Source: Proteobacteria bacterium bin106
GTDB lineage: Bacteria > Bdellovibrionota_B > Oligoflexia > Oligoflexales > Bin106
Direction of reading: 5' to 3'
Length of the DNA: 64,000 nucleotides
Assembly: GCA_002238945.1 (NCBI GenBank)
Contig: MPNI01000012.1
Span: 2,805 to 66,804, forward strand
The notes under the pieces are model-generated. The model saw only the letters and a program-made list of their open reading frames with translations. It searched no databases and was not told the origin of the DNA. Below, piece by piece: positions 54,218 to 64,000 of the stretch; position 1 is the stretch's first letter, and each line of letters begins with the position of its first letter. The translations under genes were made by a program, and so were the position numbers.

Positions 54218-55114
54218 TTGGGAGTGTCAAAAGCTCTTCATACGGGTAAGCCGTCATGGCTCAAGACTCCTATTTCATCTGGGTCGGTATACTATGATGT
54301 CAAAAAAGACTTACGTAAGCGTTCATTAGTAACTGTTTGTGAGGAAGCCAAGTGTCCTAATATTGGTGAGTGTTGGAGCAAACGTACTGCAACATTCATG
54401 GTTTTAGGTGATGTCTGTACTAGGGCATGTCGTTTTTGCAATGTGAAAACAGGCAATCCTCAAGGGAAGGTGAACATAAATGAGCCATATGAAGTGGCTG
54501 CTAGTGTTAAAGCTATGAAGCTAAGCTATGTGGTTTTAACCATGGTGGATCGTGATGACCTAGGTGATGGTGGTTCGCATCATGTCATTGAAGTGGTGTC
54601 ACAGATTAGACGAGAAAATCCTGAAATACTTGTAGAAGTACTTGCTGGTGATTTCGCAGGCGACATGTCTGCTATTGAAGGTCTTTTAGGGGCTAAAATT
54701 CAGGTATATGCACATAACATTGAAACCGTGTCTCGCTTATCACCGCGTGTGAGAGATGGACGTGCTCATTATGATACTTCCTTGAAAATACTCCAGTATG
54801 CCAAGAAACATTCAGCTACAGATGTGTTAACTAAATCATCTATGATGCTAGGACTTGGTGAAGCTAATGAAGAAGTCAAACAAACCATGATAGATCTTCG
54901 CACTGTGGGGTGTGATCTTCTAACCTTAGGACAATATATGCGTCCATCCAAACGTCATTTATCGGTAAAGGAATGGGTAACACCAACCATGTTTGACTCA
55001 TATGCTCGCATGGCCAAGTCCTTAGGCTTTAAAGAAGTTATGAGTCATCCCTTAGCTCGCAGTAGCTATAAGGCTAAAGACTTATATCAAAATGCCATAA
55101 AAGCACTCTCATGA
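54218..55114 (+). CDS. lipA: Lipoyl synthase
   Basis: CEEAKCPNIGEC, CTRACRFC, HNIETV, GQYMRPS, RSSY. Confidence 0.98.
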   Translation: MGVSKALHTGKPSWLKTPISSGSVYYDVKKDLRKRSLVTVCEEAKCPNIGECWSKRTATFMVLGDVCTRACRFCNVKTGNPQGKVNINEPYEVAASVKAMKLSYVVLTMVDRDDLGDGGSHHVIEVVSQIRRENPEILVEVLAGDFAGDMSAIEGLLGAKIQVYAHNIETVSRLSPRVRDGRAHYDTSLKILQYAKKHSATDVLTKSSMMLGLGEANEEVKQTMIDLRTVGCDLLTLGQYMRPSKRHLSVKEWVTPTMFDSYARMAKSLGFKEVMSHPLARSSYKAKDLYQNAIKALS

Positions 55115-55335
55115 TCCTGACTACAACATGTATTCTAACAAAACATTGATCCTACCCGAAAACCATTTTTTCTGGGTAACATCATGTGTCATATAACCGC
55201 TCATAGCTCATAATACACAGCTATCTCCCTAAAGTACTAGCTTGTTGGTGAGTCTTTCCTTAGCCCTGTGGCTTTGCAAGACAATAAGATTCTGCTTTTT
55301 ATGAAAGCAACTGAACTGAACCAATTCTCTTAGAG

Positions 55336-56406
55336 CTAGTCCACTTTTTGTGTGTGCTCCTGCAGATTTGGCTGCGATTTAGATGACAACTGATCTACTT
55401 GAATGAGCGAATTTAAATGTTGAAGGTACTGACGGCCTTGTCTACAGGAGTCTTCAAACGAAAAGCGGGTGCTATAAAAACTCTTGAATATGTTTAGAGA
55501 TTCTGCAGGCTCTACGCTGACATTGCTACGATTGCTTAATTTAAATGACTCAATAAGCTCTGCATTAAGATGTGGCGCTATCTTCACCAACCATTTAGTA
55601 GGCGTTATTTCTGTATCACCACTCACAAGTGTTGAGCTTTGATCTGCTAGCACAGCAGAGACAGGTTCTGAGGTGATATGAAAGCTCTGCCAAGGCAAAT
55701 AATATGTTTGGCGTCCATTGATAATCAATTCTATGGATTCAAACAAAGGAGGAGGACTTATACTTTTAACCTCTATAAAACCGTCCTCCTCTTTTTTAGG
55801 CACAATCGTTGATGACTCTGCTGACGAGGCATTCACAATGGGAACAGCTTGGGTGTCACTTTCACTATAAATAAGGTGCCATTGCATTTTTATAGTAGAG
55901 ATATCTTTAATAACTGATAGCTCTTCGCTCTCTTTTAACACATCTGTGAAGTCTATGGTTACGTGATCATACGGAGAAAGACTTAACAAGAAAGGATAAT
56001 CATCTTCATGAAAGGAAAACTCAATGTGATCCGTTTTCCAAGTTTTATCTACTGATGTGTCATCTTTATTTGAATGAGCACTATCAAAAAAAGGTTTGAT
56101 AAAAACCATGCTGATGGATTCAATGGGTAAATCCAAAAAACACCCATACCTTCTCGCACAACCTCCCTCTTGTAGTTCACATGGTCTTTGAGGCTTATGC
56201 TGTATAACCGTCTCTGTGGAAGCCCCGTGCATATCTTCTACAATGGTCTCTTCTGTTGGTGTGTCTGGTACCGATGCATCAGGCTGGTTATGTAGCTGAG
56301 AAGACTCACTGGATTCTTGCCTACATGATACCAAAATACACATTAACCCCAGGCTCATCAACCAGTGATGGATATAGAACACATGACCAAAGAAAACATA
56401 AGACAT
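55336..56406 (-). CDS. Hypothetical lipoprotein
   Basis: Lipobox ILVSC; no recognised domain. Confidence 0.65.
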   Translation of the reverse strand: MSYVFFGHVFYIHHWLMSLGLMCILVSCRQESSESSQLHNQPDASVPDTPTEETIVEDMHGASTETVIQHKPQRPCELQEGGCARRYGCFLDLPIESISMVFIKPFFDSAHSNKDDTSVDKTWKTDHIEFSFHEDDYPFLLSLSPYDHVTIDFTDVLKESEELSVIKDISTIKMQWHLIYSESDTQAVPIVNASSAESSTIVPKKEEDGFIEVKSISPPPLFESIELIINGRQTYYLPWQSFHITSEPVSAVLADQSSTLVSGDTEITPTKWLVKIAPHLNAELIESFKLSNRSNVSVEPAESLNIFKSFYSTRFSFEDSCRQGRQYLQHLNSLIQVDQLSSKSQPNLQEHTQKVD

Positions 56407-56685
56407 AAAGGCTCTTTTTTTATCTATTTTGTCTATATTCGTTACTATCTTAAAATATGGCTCATATAAAAAAATGCTGACACATATAGATGCTATTTAT
56501 GAACATTTCTTTTATGTATGTATTTATTATTGTTATTAATTGTTATTATCACTTTATTGTCATGGGGGTTATGGTCTATACTCCATGAGCTCACACGGAT
56601 ACGGCTGTATTCATAGCAAAGCCACTACAGAACCTAGCATAACTCAATGGCTATGCACCCTTATACCTAAATTGTTCTTATAAGG

Positions 56686-57945
56686 TCAAGCTAGAAATAC
56701 CTTTTCAGCAGCATGCAACGCCTCAATTAGGCGATCGACATCGGCACAATTGTTGTATAAATAAGGAGAAGCGCGAAGTGTAGAAGATGTTTTGAGATAA
56801 CTATGTAGAGGCATAGCACAATGATGACCCGCTCTGAGTGCCACTCCATAGGTATCAGCAAAACAGGCTAGGTCATGGGCATGAATTTTCAGATGACTAA
56901 AACTCACTATTCCCACCCAACTGGCCTCTAAAAAAGATGTGCAAGTCAGAGCTGATGCTGTGGTATTAGGACAGTAAGTACGAATATATGGAAACGACCG
57001 TAAAGCCTCTCGCAGATATATTCCCAGCTCAATATCATGATTTAAAGCACCTAGACGATCTAAACTCTTAAGATAGATGATAGCTGCTTCAAGGCCAATA
57101 ACACCTGCAATATGAGGTGTTCCAGCTTCAAATTTATGAGGAATATCGGTGATGGAAAAACCATCAACTGTGACTTTCTCAATCATGTCACCACCACCGT
57201 GATAAGGAGGCATCTCTTCGAGATGTTGACGTTTCCCCCACAACACCCCTACTCCTGTAGGACCACACATTTTATGGGAAGAAAACACATAAAAATCCAC
57301 CCCTAAAGACGTAACATCCACTTCCAGATGCGGCGTTGCTTGAGCTCCATCAAGCATAAAATAACAGCCAGCATCCTTGCATAACTGAGATATAGCTTGC
57401 ACAGGCTGAATGGTTCCTAAAACATTGCTCACATGAGCTATGGATACCAGTGTTGTGCGCTCGCTAAGAAGCTCTTTAAGAACCTCTATATCCACCACCC
57501 CGTTTTCTGTTAACGGCAAAAAATGTAACTTAAAACCGATCTTTTTTGCAAGCATCTGCCAAGGCACAATATTGGCGTGATGTTCTGCAACACTGAGAAT
57601 AACCTCTGAACGGGCAGAAAGTTTACTATGACTCAGTCCATGGGCCACAAGATTGATAGCCTCCGTACAACCACGGGTAAAAATCACCTCTTTGGGATCA
57701 GGAGCTGTTAAAAAATCAGCCACAGTGGTACGACTTTGTTCATAAGCTTGAGTAGCTTTTTCTGAAAGCGCATAAAGTCCACGATGAATATTGGCATGCT
57801 CATAACGATAATAGCGATCCATACGCTCAATCACCTGATGAGGTTTTTGCGATGAAGCAGCACTATCAAGAAAAGCTAACGTCTTATGATGATGTTTGAT
57901 CAATGGAAAGTCTTGCCGTATCTTTTCAGCTGAAAAAGTGGTCAT
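56686..57945 (-). CDS. sufS: Cysteine desulfurase, SufS family
   Basis: LDSAASSQKP, ANIHRG, EHHANIVPWQ, SSHKMCGPTG, RAGHHCA. Confidence 0.95.
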   Translation of the reverse strand: MTTFSAEKIRQDFPLIKHHHKTLAFLDSAASSQKPHQVIERMDRYYRYEHANIHRGLYALSEKATQAYEQSRTTVADFLTAPDPKEVIFTRGCTEAINLVAHGLSHSKLSARSEVILSVAEHHANIVPWQMLAKKIGFKLHFLPLTENGVVDIEVLKELLSERTTLVSIAHVSNVLGTIQPVQAISQLCKDAGCYFMLDGAQATPHLEVDVTSLGVDFYVFSSHKMCGPTGVGVLWGKRQHLEEMPPYHGGGDMIEKVTVDGFSITDIPHKFEAGTPHIAGVIGLEAAIIYLKSLDRLGALNHDIELGIYLREALRSFPYIRTYCPNTTASALTCTSFLEASWVGIVSFSHLKIHAHDLACFADTYGVALRAGHHCAMPLHSYLKTSSTLRASPYLYNNCADVDRLIEALHAAEKVFLA

Positions 57946-58102
57946 AGTGTTAAAAAATCCCCAAAAAAGTGGATGATAAGATTTTCCCGCACGCAGCCAC
58001 CAACACTCAATAAAGACACAACCTTAAGACATATCAATCGCTCAGTCAGCAGGTGCACAGATGGTGTTGAGATGACGCCAGCCAAGAGTTGGGTGAGCAA
58101 AT

Positions 58103-58498
58103 TTAACGTTTGGAAAACTGGAAGCGCTTACGTGCACCAGGTTGTCCAGGAAGCTTACGCTCTTTAATACGCGCATCACGAGTGATGAGTCCCGCTTGTT
58201 TCAGAGGAGTCCTTTTTTCTGGAAGGGCTATAGCAATGGCCTTAGAAATACCATGTCTAATCGCTTCAGCCTGACCACTTAAACCACCTCCACATACATT
58301 GACCAACACATCAAAAGTGTTATGAAGATCACCGACAACAAAAGGCTGTTTCACAATCATTTGTGACGTGGGACGTTCAAGATATGTATCATAAGGACGT
58401 TGATTGATGGTAATCTTACCATCGCCTGGTTTTAACCAAACTCGAGCCACAGACGTTTTTCTTTTTCCCACAGCATGAGTGAGTGCTGGAATATCCAT
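58103..58498 (-). CDS. rpsI: 30S ribosomal protein S9
   Basis: [35 protein letters not shown]. Confidence 0.99.
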   Translation of the reverse strand: MDIPALTHAVGKRKTSVARVWLKPGDGKITINQRPYDTYLERPTSQMIVKQPFVVGDLHNTFDVLVNVCGGGLSGQAEAIRHGISKAIAIALPEKRTPLKQAGLITRDARIKERKLPGQPGARKRFQFSKR

Positions 58499-58540
58499 AA
58501 TATAAAGACTTTCTACAAATTAAGAAGTTGATGAATACGT

Positions 58541-59002
58541 TTAAGGCTGAGACACAGGCGTAACACCCAAACCACTCACATCCACAGCAACAGGACTTTG
58601 TGTTTGATGAGAATGCTCACTGCCTGCATATATACGCAAGTTTTTCATACATACAGCACGAAGCTTATTTTTCGGTAACATCCCCCTTACAGCACGCTCA
58701 AGTAAAGATGTCGGTTTTTTATCTTTAAGCTTAGCAGCAGTAATGGATTTAATACCCCCCATATAACCACTGTGCCAGTGATACATTTTTTTGCTGAGCT
58801 TATTGCCTGATAACACAATTTTATCAGCATTTATCACAATCACATTATCACCACAATCAAGATGAGGAACAAAATATGTTTTGTGCTTGCCTCTAAGCAC
58901 ATGCACAACACGTGAAGCAAGACGCCCCAGCGTTTGATCCTTGGCATCGATAATCAACCACCTTTTTGTGATATCTTGCGGCCTAACCGACTGTGTTTTC
59001 AT
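58541..59002 (-). CDS. rplM: 50S ribosomal protein L13
   Basis: LGRLAS..LRGKHK, PHLDCGDNVIVINA, AVRGMLPKNKL. Confidence 0.99.
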   Translation of the reverse strand: MKTQSVRPQDITKRWLIIDAKDQTLGRLASRVVHVLRGKHKTYFVPHLDCGDNVIVINADKIVLSGNKLSKKMYHWHSGYMGGIKSITAAKLKDKKPTSLLERAVRGMLPKNKLRAVCMKNLRIYAGSEHSHQTQSPVAVDVSGLGVTPVSQP

Positions 59003-59140
59003 AAATACCCTAAAATAACGTTAAAATAGTTCACCCAAAAATAATCCACACACACAGCCACACGCTAACTAGCTTGCGCTCACTAGCTTAAGTCCGTGCA
59101 ATAATCAGACTTTGCTGATACGATGTGTGGCCTAGCTTAA

Positions 59141-59304
59141 TGTATTGTATGTATTGTATGTATTGTATGATGTATTTTGCTTTGTTTGTTATGCTAGTTC
59201 TTTATACGTTCTCATATACGTTCTCATATACGTTCTCATAAATATATCTATAATTATGCCACTCAAACACACATACTATCAGTGTACCAGTCAGTGTACC
59301 AGTC
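59141..59304. repeat. Short tandem repeats, TGTATTGTA x3, TACGTTCTCATA x3, CAGTGTACCAGT x2
   Basis: Read directly in the asnS-rplM spacer. Confidence 0.85.
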
Positions 59305-59396
59305 TGGTCAATGCCTGCAGTGTAACATCTTTACATGCAGCTTGCAAAGTATCATATGGCCCATCTGTTTTCAATACTAGAGTGTTTAAAAAGGCA

Positions 59397-60782
59397 TTAG
59401 AAACGAATACCTCCAGGTGTTCTAGGAGCTGGAATGGTATCACGGATATTTTCTATGCCAGTAAGGTACATAAGCATACGTTCAAGCCCCATACCATAGC
59501 CACTATGAGGCACTGAGCCATGACGGCGCAGATCAAGATACCAACTTAGGTCCTCACCAAGAGACAGTTTATCCATGGCAACTTTGAGGTAGTCATAACG
59601 TTCTTCCCGCTGTGATCCTCCCATCAATTCCCCACCTCGCGGCACAAAAAAATCCATACACGCTACAGTCTCTCCATCATCATTGCTGCGCATATAAAAT
59701 GCTTTAATATCTTTAGGATAATCTGTCACAAACACGGGAGCTTTAAAATAGGTTTCTGCTAGAAACACTTCATGCTCTTTAGATAAATCTTCACCAAAGA
59801 CAGGCACAGGAACAGAGAAACGAGCAGCATGTGTTTTCAAGAGCTTAAGAGCCTCTTTATATGTGATAGTGGTGGGAGCATCTTGAGTAGCAAACCCATG
59901 TAATGCCTCAAGGGTCGTATGCTTGTGAGAATGAATAAAAAAATCCATTTCATCAGGAAATTTTTCAAGTCCATAACGAATAAGATAAGTGAAGTGCTTG
60001 TGAGCCAAATCTATGCAATCTCTAAGATCAGCAAAAGCCATTTCGGGCTCAATCATCCAAAACTCAGCAAGATGATGGCGAGTATTTGAGTTTTCAGCAC
60101 GAAAGGTCGGACCAAAGGTATAAACTTTGCCTAAGCCATGTGCCAAAAATTCCGCCTCTAATTGTCCTGTGACATTTAGATAAGCTTTGGTATGAAAAAA
60201 ATCTTCACTATAATCCACTTTATGATCTTCAAGATCAAGTGAGGTGACTTGAAATATATCACCAGCCCCTTCACCATCACTTTGAGTCATAAGAGGAGTA
60301 TGCACATAAAAAAAGCCTTCCTGACTAAAAAATTCATGAGTAGCCAATGAGAGAGCATGTCTTAAACGAAAAATAGCTGAGAACGTTTGCGTTCGAGGAC
60401 GCAAGTGAGCTATTTCTCTAAGAAATTCCAAAGAGTGGCTTTTCTTTTGAAGAGGATAATCCTCTCCCACCTCTCCTACTATGACCAAATCTTTAACAAT
60501 CAACTCCAGTGTTTGCCCTCGTGCTGGAGAAGGTACTAACTTTCCTGTGACAGTGATGGCCGTACCTGAATGTATTTTCTCTAAGATAGCATCCCATTTC
60601 GGCTCTGCATCAATGACACACTGTAAGGTGCGATGACAAGAACCATCACTTAAAGACATAAAAGAGCACCTTTTAGCACTACGTTTACTACGAACCCAAC
60701 CTGCCACCACTGTGACTGGTAAAGACTCCAGCTTTTCAAGAGGGATATGTAAAAGATCCACAATCATGTGTCGATTTTGCAT
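59397..60782 (-). CDS. asnS: Asparagine--tRNA ligase
   Basis: YPLQKK, LREIAHLRPRT, FGPTFRAENSNT..HLAEFWMIEPE, GGSQREER, PHSGYGMGLER. Confidence 0.97.
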   Translation of the reverse strand: MQNRHMIVDLLHIPLEKLESLPVTVVAGWVRSKRSAKRCSFMSLSDGSCHRTLQCVIDAEPKWDAILEKIHSGTAITVTGKLVPSPARGQTLELIVKDLVIVGEVGEDYPLQKKSHSLEFLREIAHLRPRTQTFSAIFRLRHALSLATHEFFSQEGFFYVHTPLMTQSDGEGAGDIFQVTSLDLEDHKVDYSEDFFHTKAYLNVTGQLEAEFLAHGLGKVYTFGPTFRAENSNTRHHLAEFWMIEPEMAFADLRDCIDLAHKHFTYLIRYGLEKFPDEMDFFIHSHKHTTLEALHGFATQDAPTTITYKEALKLLKTHAARFSVPVPVFGEDLSKEHEVFLAETYFKAPVFVTDYPKDIKAFYMRSNDDGETVACMDFFVPRGGELMGGSQREERYDYLKVAMDKLSLGEDLSWYLDLRRHGSVPHSGYGMGLERMLMYLTGIENIRDTIPAPRTPGGIRF

Positions 60783-60861
60783 AAGCTATAACTTCAAATA
60801 ACAAAATGAAAAAAGAAACATCGCCTAAAATATACGGCTCTGCTTACCTGTAGATATATGT

Positions 60862-61233
60862 TTATGAATCAATATGATTTTGAGAAGTAGAGAGTCCTTT
60901 AAACGAAGCATAAACAGCCACATAGTAACCGCAATGTTGATAAATCTCAACAGAACGTGAAAAAGAATTCGAAAAGATAAGAAACCGCTCAAAAGCATGA
61001 CGGTCTTTGAAGGTTTTAATCCACAAGTGACACTTATTACACACCATCAAGTCATTAAACGGTGATAGTTTCTCAATAGTAGTCAAACAACACGGCTTGA
61101 ATTTTTTATAGGTGATATGTTGAAAATTTGGTTGATGAGATAGTTCTGACAGATCATAAAAACCAAATTTGTGTGGTTGATGATTGGGCAGTAATGTAGA
61201 TGCCATGATGATCTCTAAGTGGTGATAGCCCAC
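60862..61233 (-). CDS. Small hypothetical protein, possible Zn-binding
   Basis: 123-aa ORF directly upstream of asnS, with PCC and CNKC. Confidence 0.5.
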   Translation of the reverse strand: MGYHHLEIIMASTLLPNHQPHKFGFYDLSELSHQPNFQHITYKKFKPCCLTTIEKLSPFNDLMVCNKCHLWIKTFKDRHAFERFLIFSNSFSRSVEIYQHCGYYVAVYASFKGLSTSQNHIDS

Positions 61234-61313
61234 TAGGTTTGTCTATCTTAGACAAAGATATCTCTCACTCTTTCTCACTATCGTTATGACTTGCTTATAT
61301 AGCTGTACTATCT

Positions 61314-61420
61314 CTATACCCTCTATACCCTCTATACCCATAAGACTAGCTTAAATGATATATTTCTACTCACTCTCTCTATCATCCCTTCTCTCTATCA
61401 TCCCTTCTCTCTATCATCCC
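61314..61420. repeat. Short tandem repeats, CTATACCCT x3 and CTCTCTATCATCCCTT x3
   Basis: Read directly. Confidence 0.85.
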
Positions 61421-61531
61421 ATCGTGTCCATAGGACTCACCGAACACATCTTTCCATAAAAATTTCCATACAAGACAATCAGGCACTACCACAGTTTACC
61501 TCTCTGACATAAAACAGCCAAGTTTTTTTTA

Positions 61532-63001
61532 CTAGTTTGTGGGTAAAGATGCGGAATGGGTAAAACTGAAGGTGAGAAGATCATCAAAGACCTCATCGAT
61601 GAACACTCCCAGATGGGATCCCCATCTGGGAGTGTATACCATAATATGAGGATTGCTAGCAGCGATATCAAGAACTCGCATCACTTCAGAAGATGCCTCT
61701 TTCCGATTATCAATCAAGAATGGATCATCCAATGAAAAATACATCACCGTGTTGTGATGGATATGTAAGATACTTTGAGTCATATCATTGATTGTTTCAT
61801 AATAGGCAAGCTTCTCTTCATAGCTGGCATTTGCGATAGGTAAATGACGCAATCCGTAATGAATAAACACCTCATTATAAGTCGGTCTCTTGGGATGACG
61901 TATATTAGGAATGGATAGCGCATTCATCATATTAAGAAGCTCTACATAAGCGATCTGATTGATCAAACGATCGTTAACATTTTTTGGATCGTGCTTGTAG
62001 TAGTCTAGGAGCCTTTTGGTAGTGACTTGAAAGCCACGTGTAAACAGATAAGGCAAAGTTTTGAAGATAAAATCAAAAGAATAGTCTGCAGATGAAAATG
62101 ACAAACGATGCGGCACGGTTGAGGCGATAGCATCGAGCACTCTAAAAGATTCACTATGGTGAATCACCGGACTACCAACAAACCCTCCGCCAGCGAATAA
62201 TCGTGATCGCGATGGTTTTTGGCTATCAATACCCAAAAGGCGTAAAGCCATATTACCACCTCCTGAATAACCGATCACTCCTGAGCGTTCTTTATCCACT
62301 TTCCATTCTGCATACACATTTTCCAGTCGCATGCGAAGATCATGAGCAAAGACATTCATATTCCATGGCAACTCAACACATGAACGAAGGAATGGATCGG
62401 ACAAAAAGCCATTAAAAGCCAACACACGTGCCCCGGGATGCTGGCGATCAATCCATGCCAACGTTTGGTTATAAAACACACCCGTTTTCCATTGAGTATA
62501 CGTTCCTGGTAGCAGAAGAAAGGTGAAAGCATCGCTATCACTTGCCTCACGAATATAGGCTTCGAAAGGTAACGGACAATTGCTTTGTTCTTTGAATAAT
62601 TCAGATTTTGGTAAGGTAATTTTTTTAAAAACTCCCGTTTTTTGGTAATGAGGTGATGCAGAACGGACCACACTAAGAACAGGCAACAATAGCGGATCAT
62701 AAGGGAAATCATGTCCGCGAAAAGGAACATAGGATGGCTTTTTTGGGCCATAAAATGTGCTGTCTTGGATGAAAGAATCAAACACACGCTTACGCTTGCG
62801 CACAAGCTGAGAAGCAGGACTGGATGATCTTTGATCCTCAAAGTGTTGAAGAGATGAAGAAGAGGCTTCATCATCGTCATAATAACAAGCAGCTGATAAC
62901 ATCACTAGAAAACACAACACATACTTTGTTAAACAAACCAAAAAAGTTGTATGAGGTACATGCATAGGATTCAACTTGTAATAATAGAGCCAAAAAGACA
63001 T
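61532..63001 (-). CDS. Alpha/beta-hydrolase fold lipoprotein
   Basis: Lipobox SAAC; nucleophile GYSGG; candidate Asp (SLDDPF) and His (WGSHLG). Confidence 0.75.
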   Translation of the reverse strand: MSFWLYYYKLNPMHVPHTTFLVCLTKYVLCFLVMLSAACYYDDDEASSSSLQHFEDQRSSSPASQLVRKRKRVFDSFIQDSTFYGPKKPSYVPFRGHDFPYDPLLLPVLSVVRSASPHYQKTGVFKKITLPKSELFKEQSNCPLPFEAYIREASDSDAFTFLLLPGTYTQWKTGVFYNQTLAWIDRQHPGARVLAFNGFLSDPFLRSCVELPWNMNVFAHDLRMRLENVYAEWKVDKERSGVIGYSGGGNMALRLLGIDSQKPSRSRLFAGGGFVGSPVIHHSESFRVLDAIASTVPHRLSFSSADYSFDFIFKTLPYLFTRGFQVTTKRLLDYYKHDPKNVNDRLINQIAYVELLNMMNALSIPNIRHPKRPTYNEVFIHYGLRHLPIANASYEEKLAYYETINDMTQSILHIHHNTVMYFSLDDPFLIDNRKEASSEVMRVLDIAASNPHIMVYTPRWGSHLGVFIDEVFDDLLTFSFTHSASLPTN

Positions 63002-63914
63002 ATAGAATTCCTCTCTTGAATATACTAACCCTGCAGCGACCCTAGAGATAAACTTATACAGTTGATGATGATGTGATAAAGGTCTTGTTAGATATCACAT
63101 CATTTATGCCACAAACATCATCAACGTTTACAATAAAACTGAGAGGAATGAAGATAACACATTGTTTTATAGATGCTACAAAATAAAAGCTTCCATGTTC
63201 TCTATTAAGTAAAAATTCCGTAAAGATCGAAATGTATAAGCTGTAGATATATATCACATAAACATATAAGCATGGAACAGATGATACCCTCTAGTTATGC
63301 AAACTCGTAGAGTTCATAAATTGGCTGAGAAGCTATCATGTATGTGTCATAAGATGACTGTAAACAACACTTCGCCGTCAGAAAGTAGCCATTAGCTATA
63401 AATACCACAGCATCACTTTTAAACAGACTCTTTTTTATAACACAAAAACACGCTGCTAGAAACTGAACCACTAGATCGTAAAGCGCAAGTCCTTAAATTC
63501 ACTGAAATTCAAGAGACAACCTTTCAAGATGACCTTTTTTATGTTCAGTTCTATCAGCACAACATTCAAATAAGACTTGAACTGCTTTCTTATTCATGCT
63601 AATCTTTGATTGTTGGACATTCGTCCTTCTTTAGACTCTGATCATGTCTAGCTTTTTGGGTTTCATTCGTAGCTGTTACGTTTACATCTACGCACAAAGT
63701 GATACCACATAACAAAAAAACGAAGCATAAAAACACCTGTAACCATCCTCACCGATGGTCATGTATTTTCCAAGCACATTTGTTTTTGGTCGTTTCATTC
63801 CATGACATGTATAGATTTTTTATCTATACACTAACAGCTCTTTGCTTCTGCTTTGTGATATATCACACAAAACAGATTTTTCCCTAATGACTAAAAAATA
63901 AAAAAGGAGTCGAT

Positions 63915-64000
63915 ATGTCTTTTCGCATAGGAGGAAAAGTGGTTTATCCTGCTCATGGAGTAGCTTACATTAAAGACATAAAACAGTTAGAAGTTTCCGG
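63915..64000 (+). CDS. carD: CarD/CdnL-family transcriptional regulator (5' part only)
   Basis: MSFRIGGKVVYPAHGVAYIKDIKQLEVS after AAGGAG. Confidence 0.88.
   Translation, partial: MSFRIGGKVVYPAHGVAYIKDIKQLEVS

Overview
Bacterial chromosomal window, AT-rich, standard genetic code. Gene content (deltaproteobacterial-type RpoB/RpoC, MqnA, CarD, many secreted proteases and lipoproteins) suggests Bdellovibrionota/Oligoflexia or a related lineage; this is inference only. 1-18.4 kb is the core cluster on the minus strand: tRNA-Thr/Tyr/Gly/Thr, tuf, tRNA-Trp, secE, nusG, rplKAJL, rpoBC, rpsL, rpsG. Next come rlmB, two tandem matrixin-like metalloproteases, a XerD-like gene with tadA, fadE, and a decayed AT-rich accessory stretch (about 26-33 kb) with IS1182 and IS1634 remnants and a ~370-bp diverged direct repeat. 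The right half has rnc-der-hinT, an S8 protease, a GT51 PBP, bamD, tonB, hemL, mqnA, two tandem S41 proteases, lipA, sufS, rpsI-rplM, asnS, a hydrolase and the start of carD. No CRISPR array, rRNA, intact mobile element or defence system is visible. Main oddities: (1) many intergenic spacers carry their own short tandem duplications, and several core proteins have low-complexity additions; (2) three intact ORFs appear to have lost catalytic residues (Xer-like recombinase, PBP transpeptidase domain, second S41 protease); (3) a 25 x 18-bp repeat with only two A/G variable sites; (4) a candidate promoter-driven structured sRNA at about 46.5 kb. All motif calls were made by eye, without database searches.
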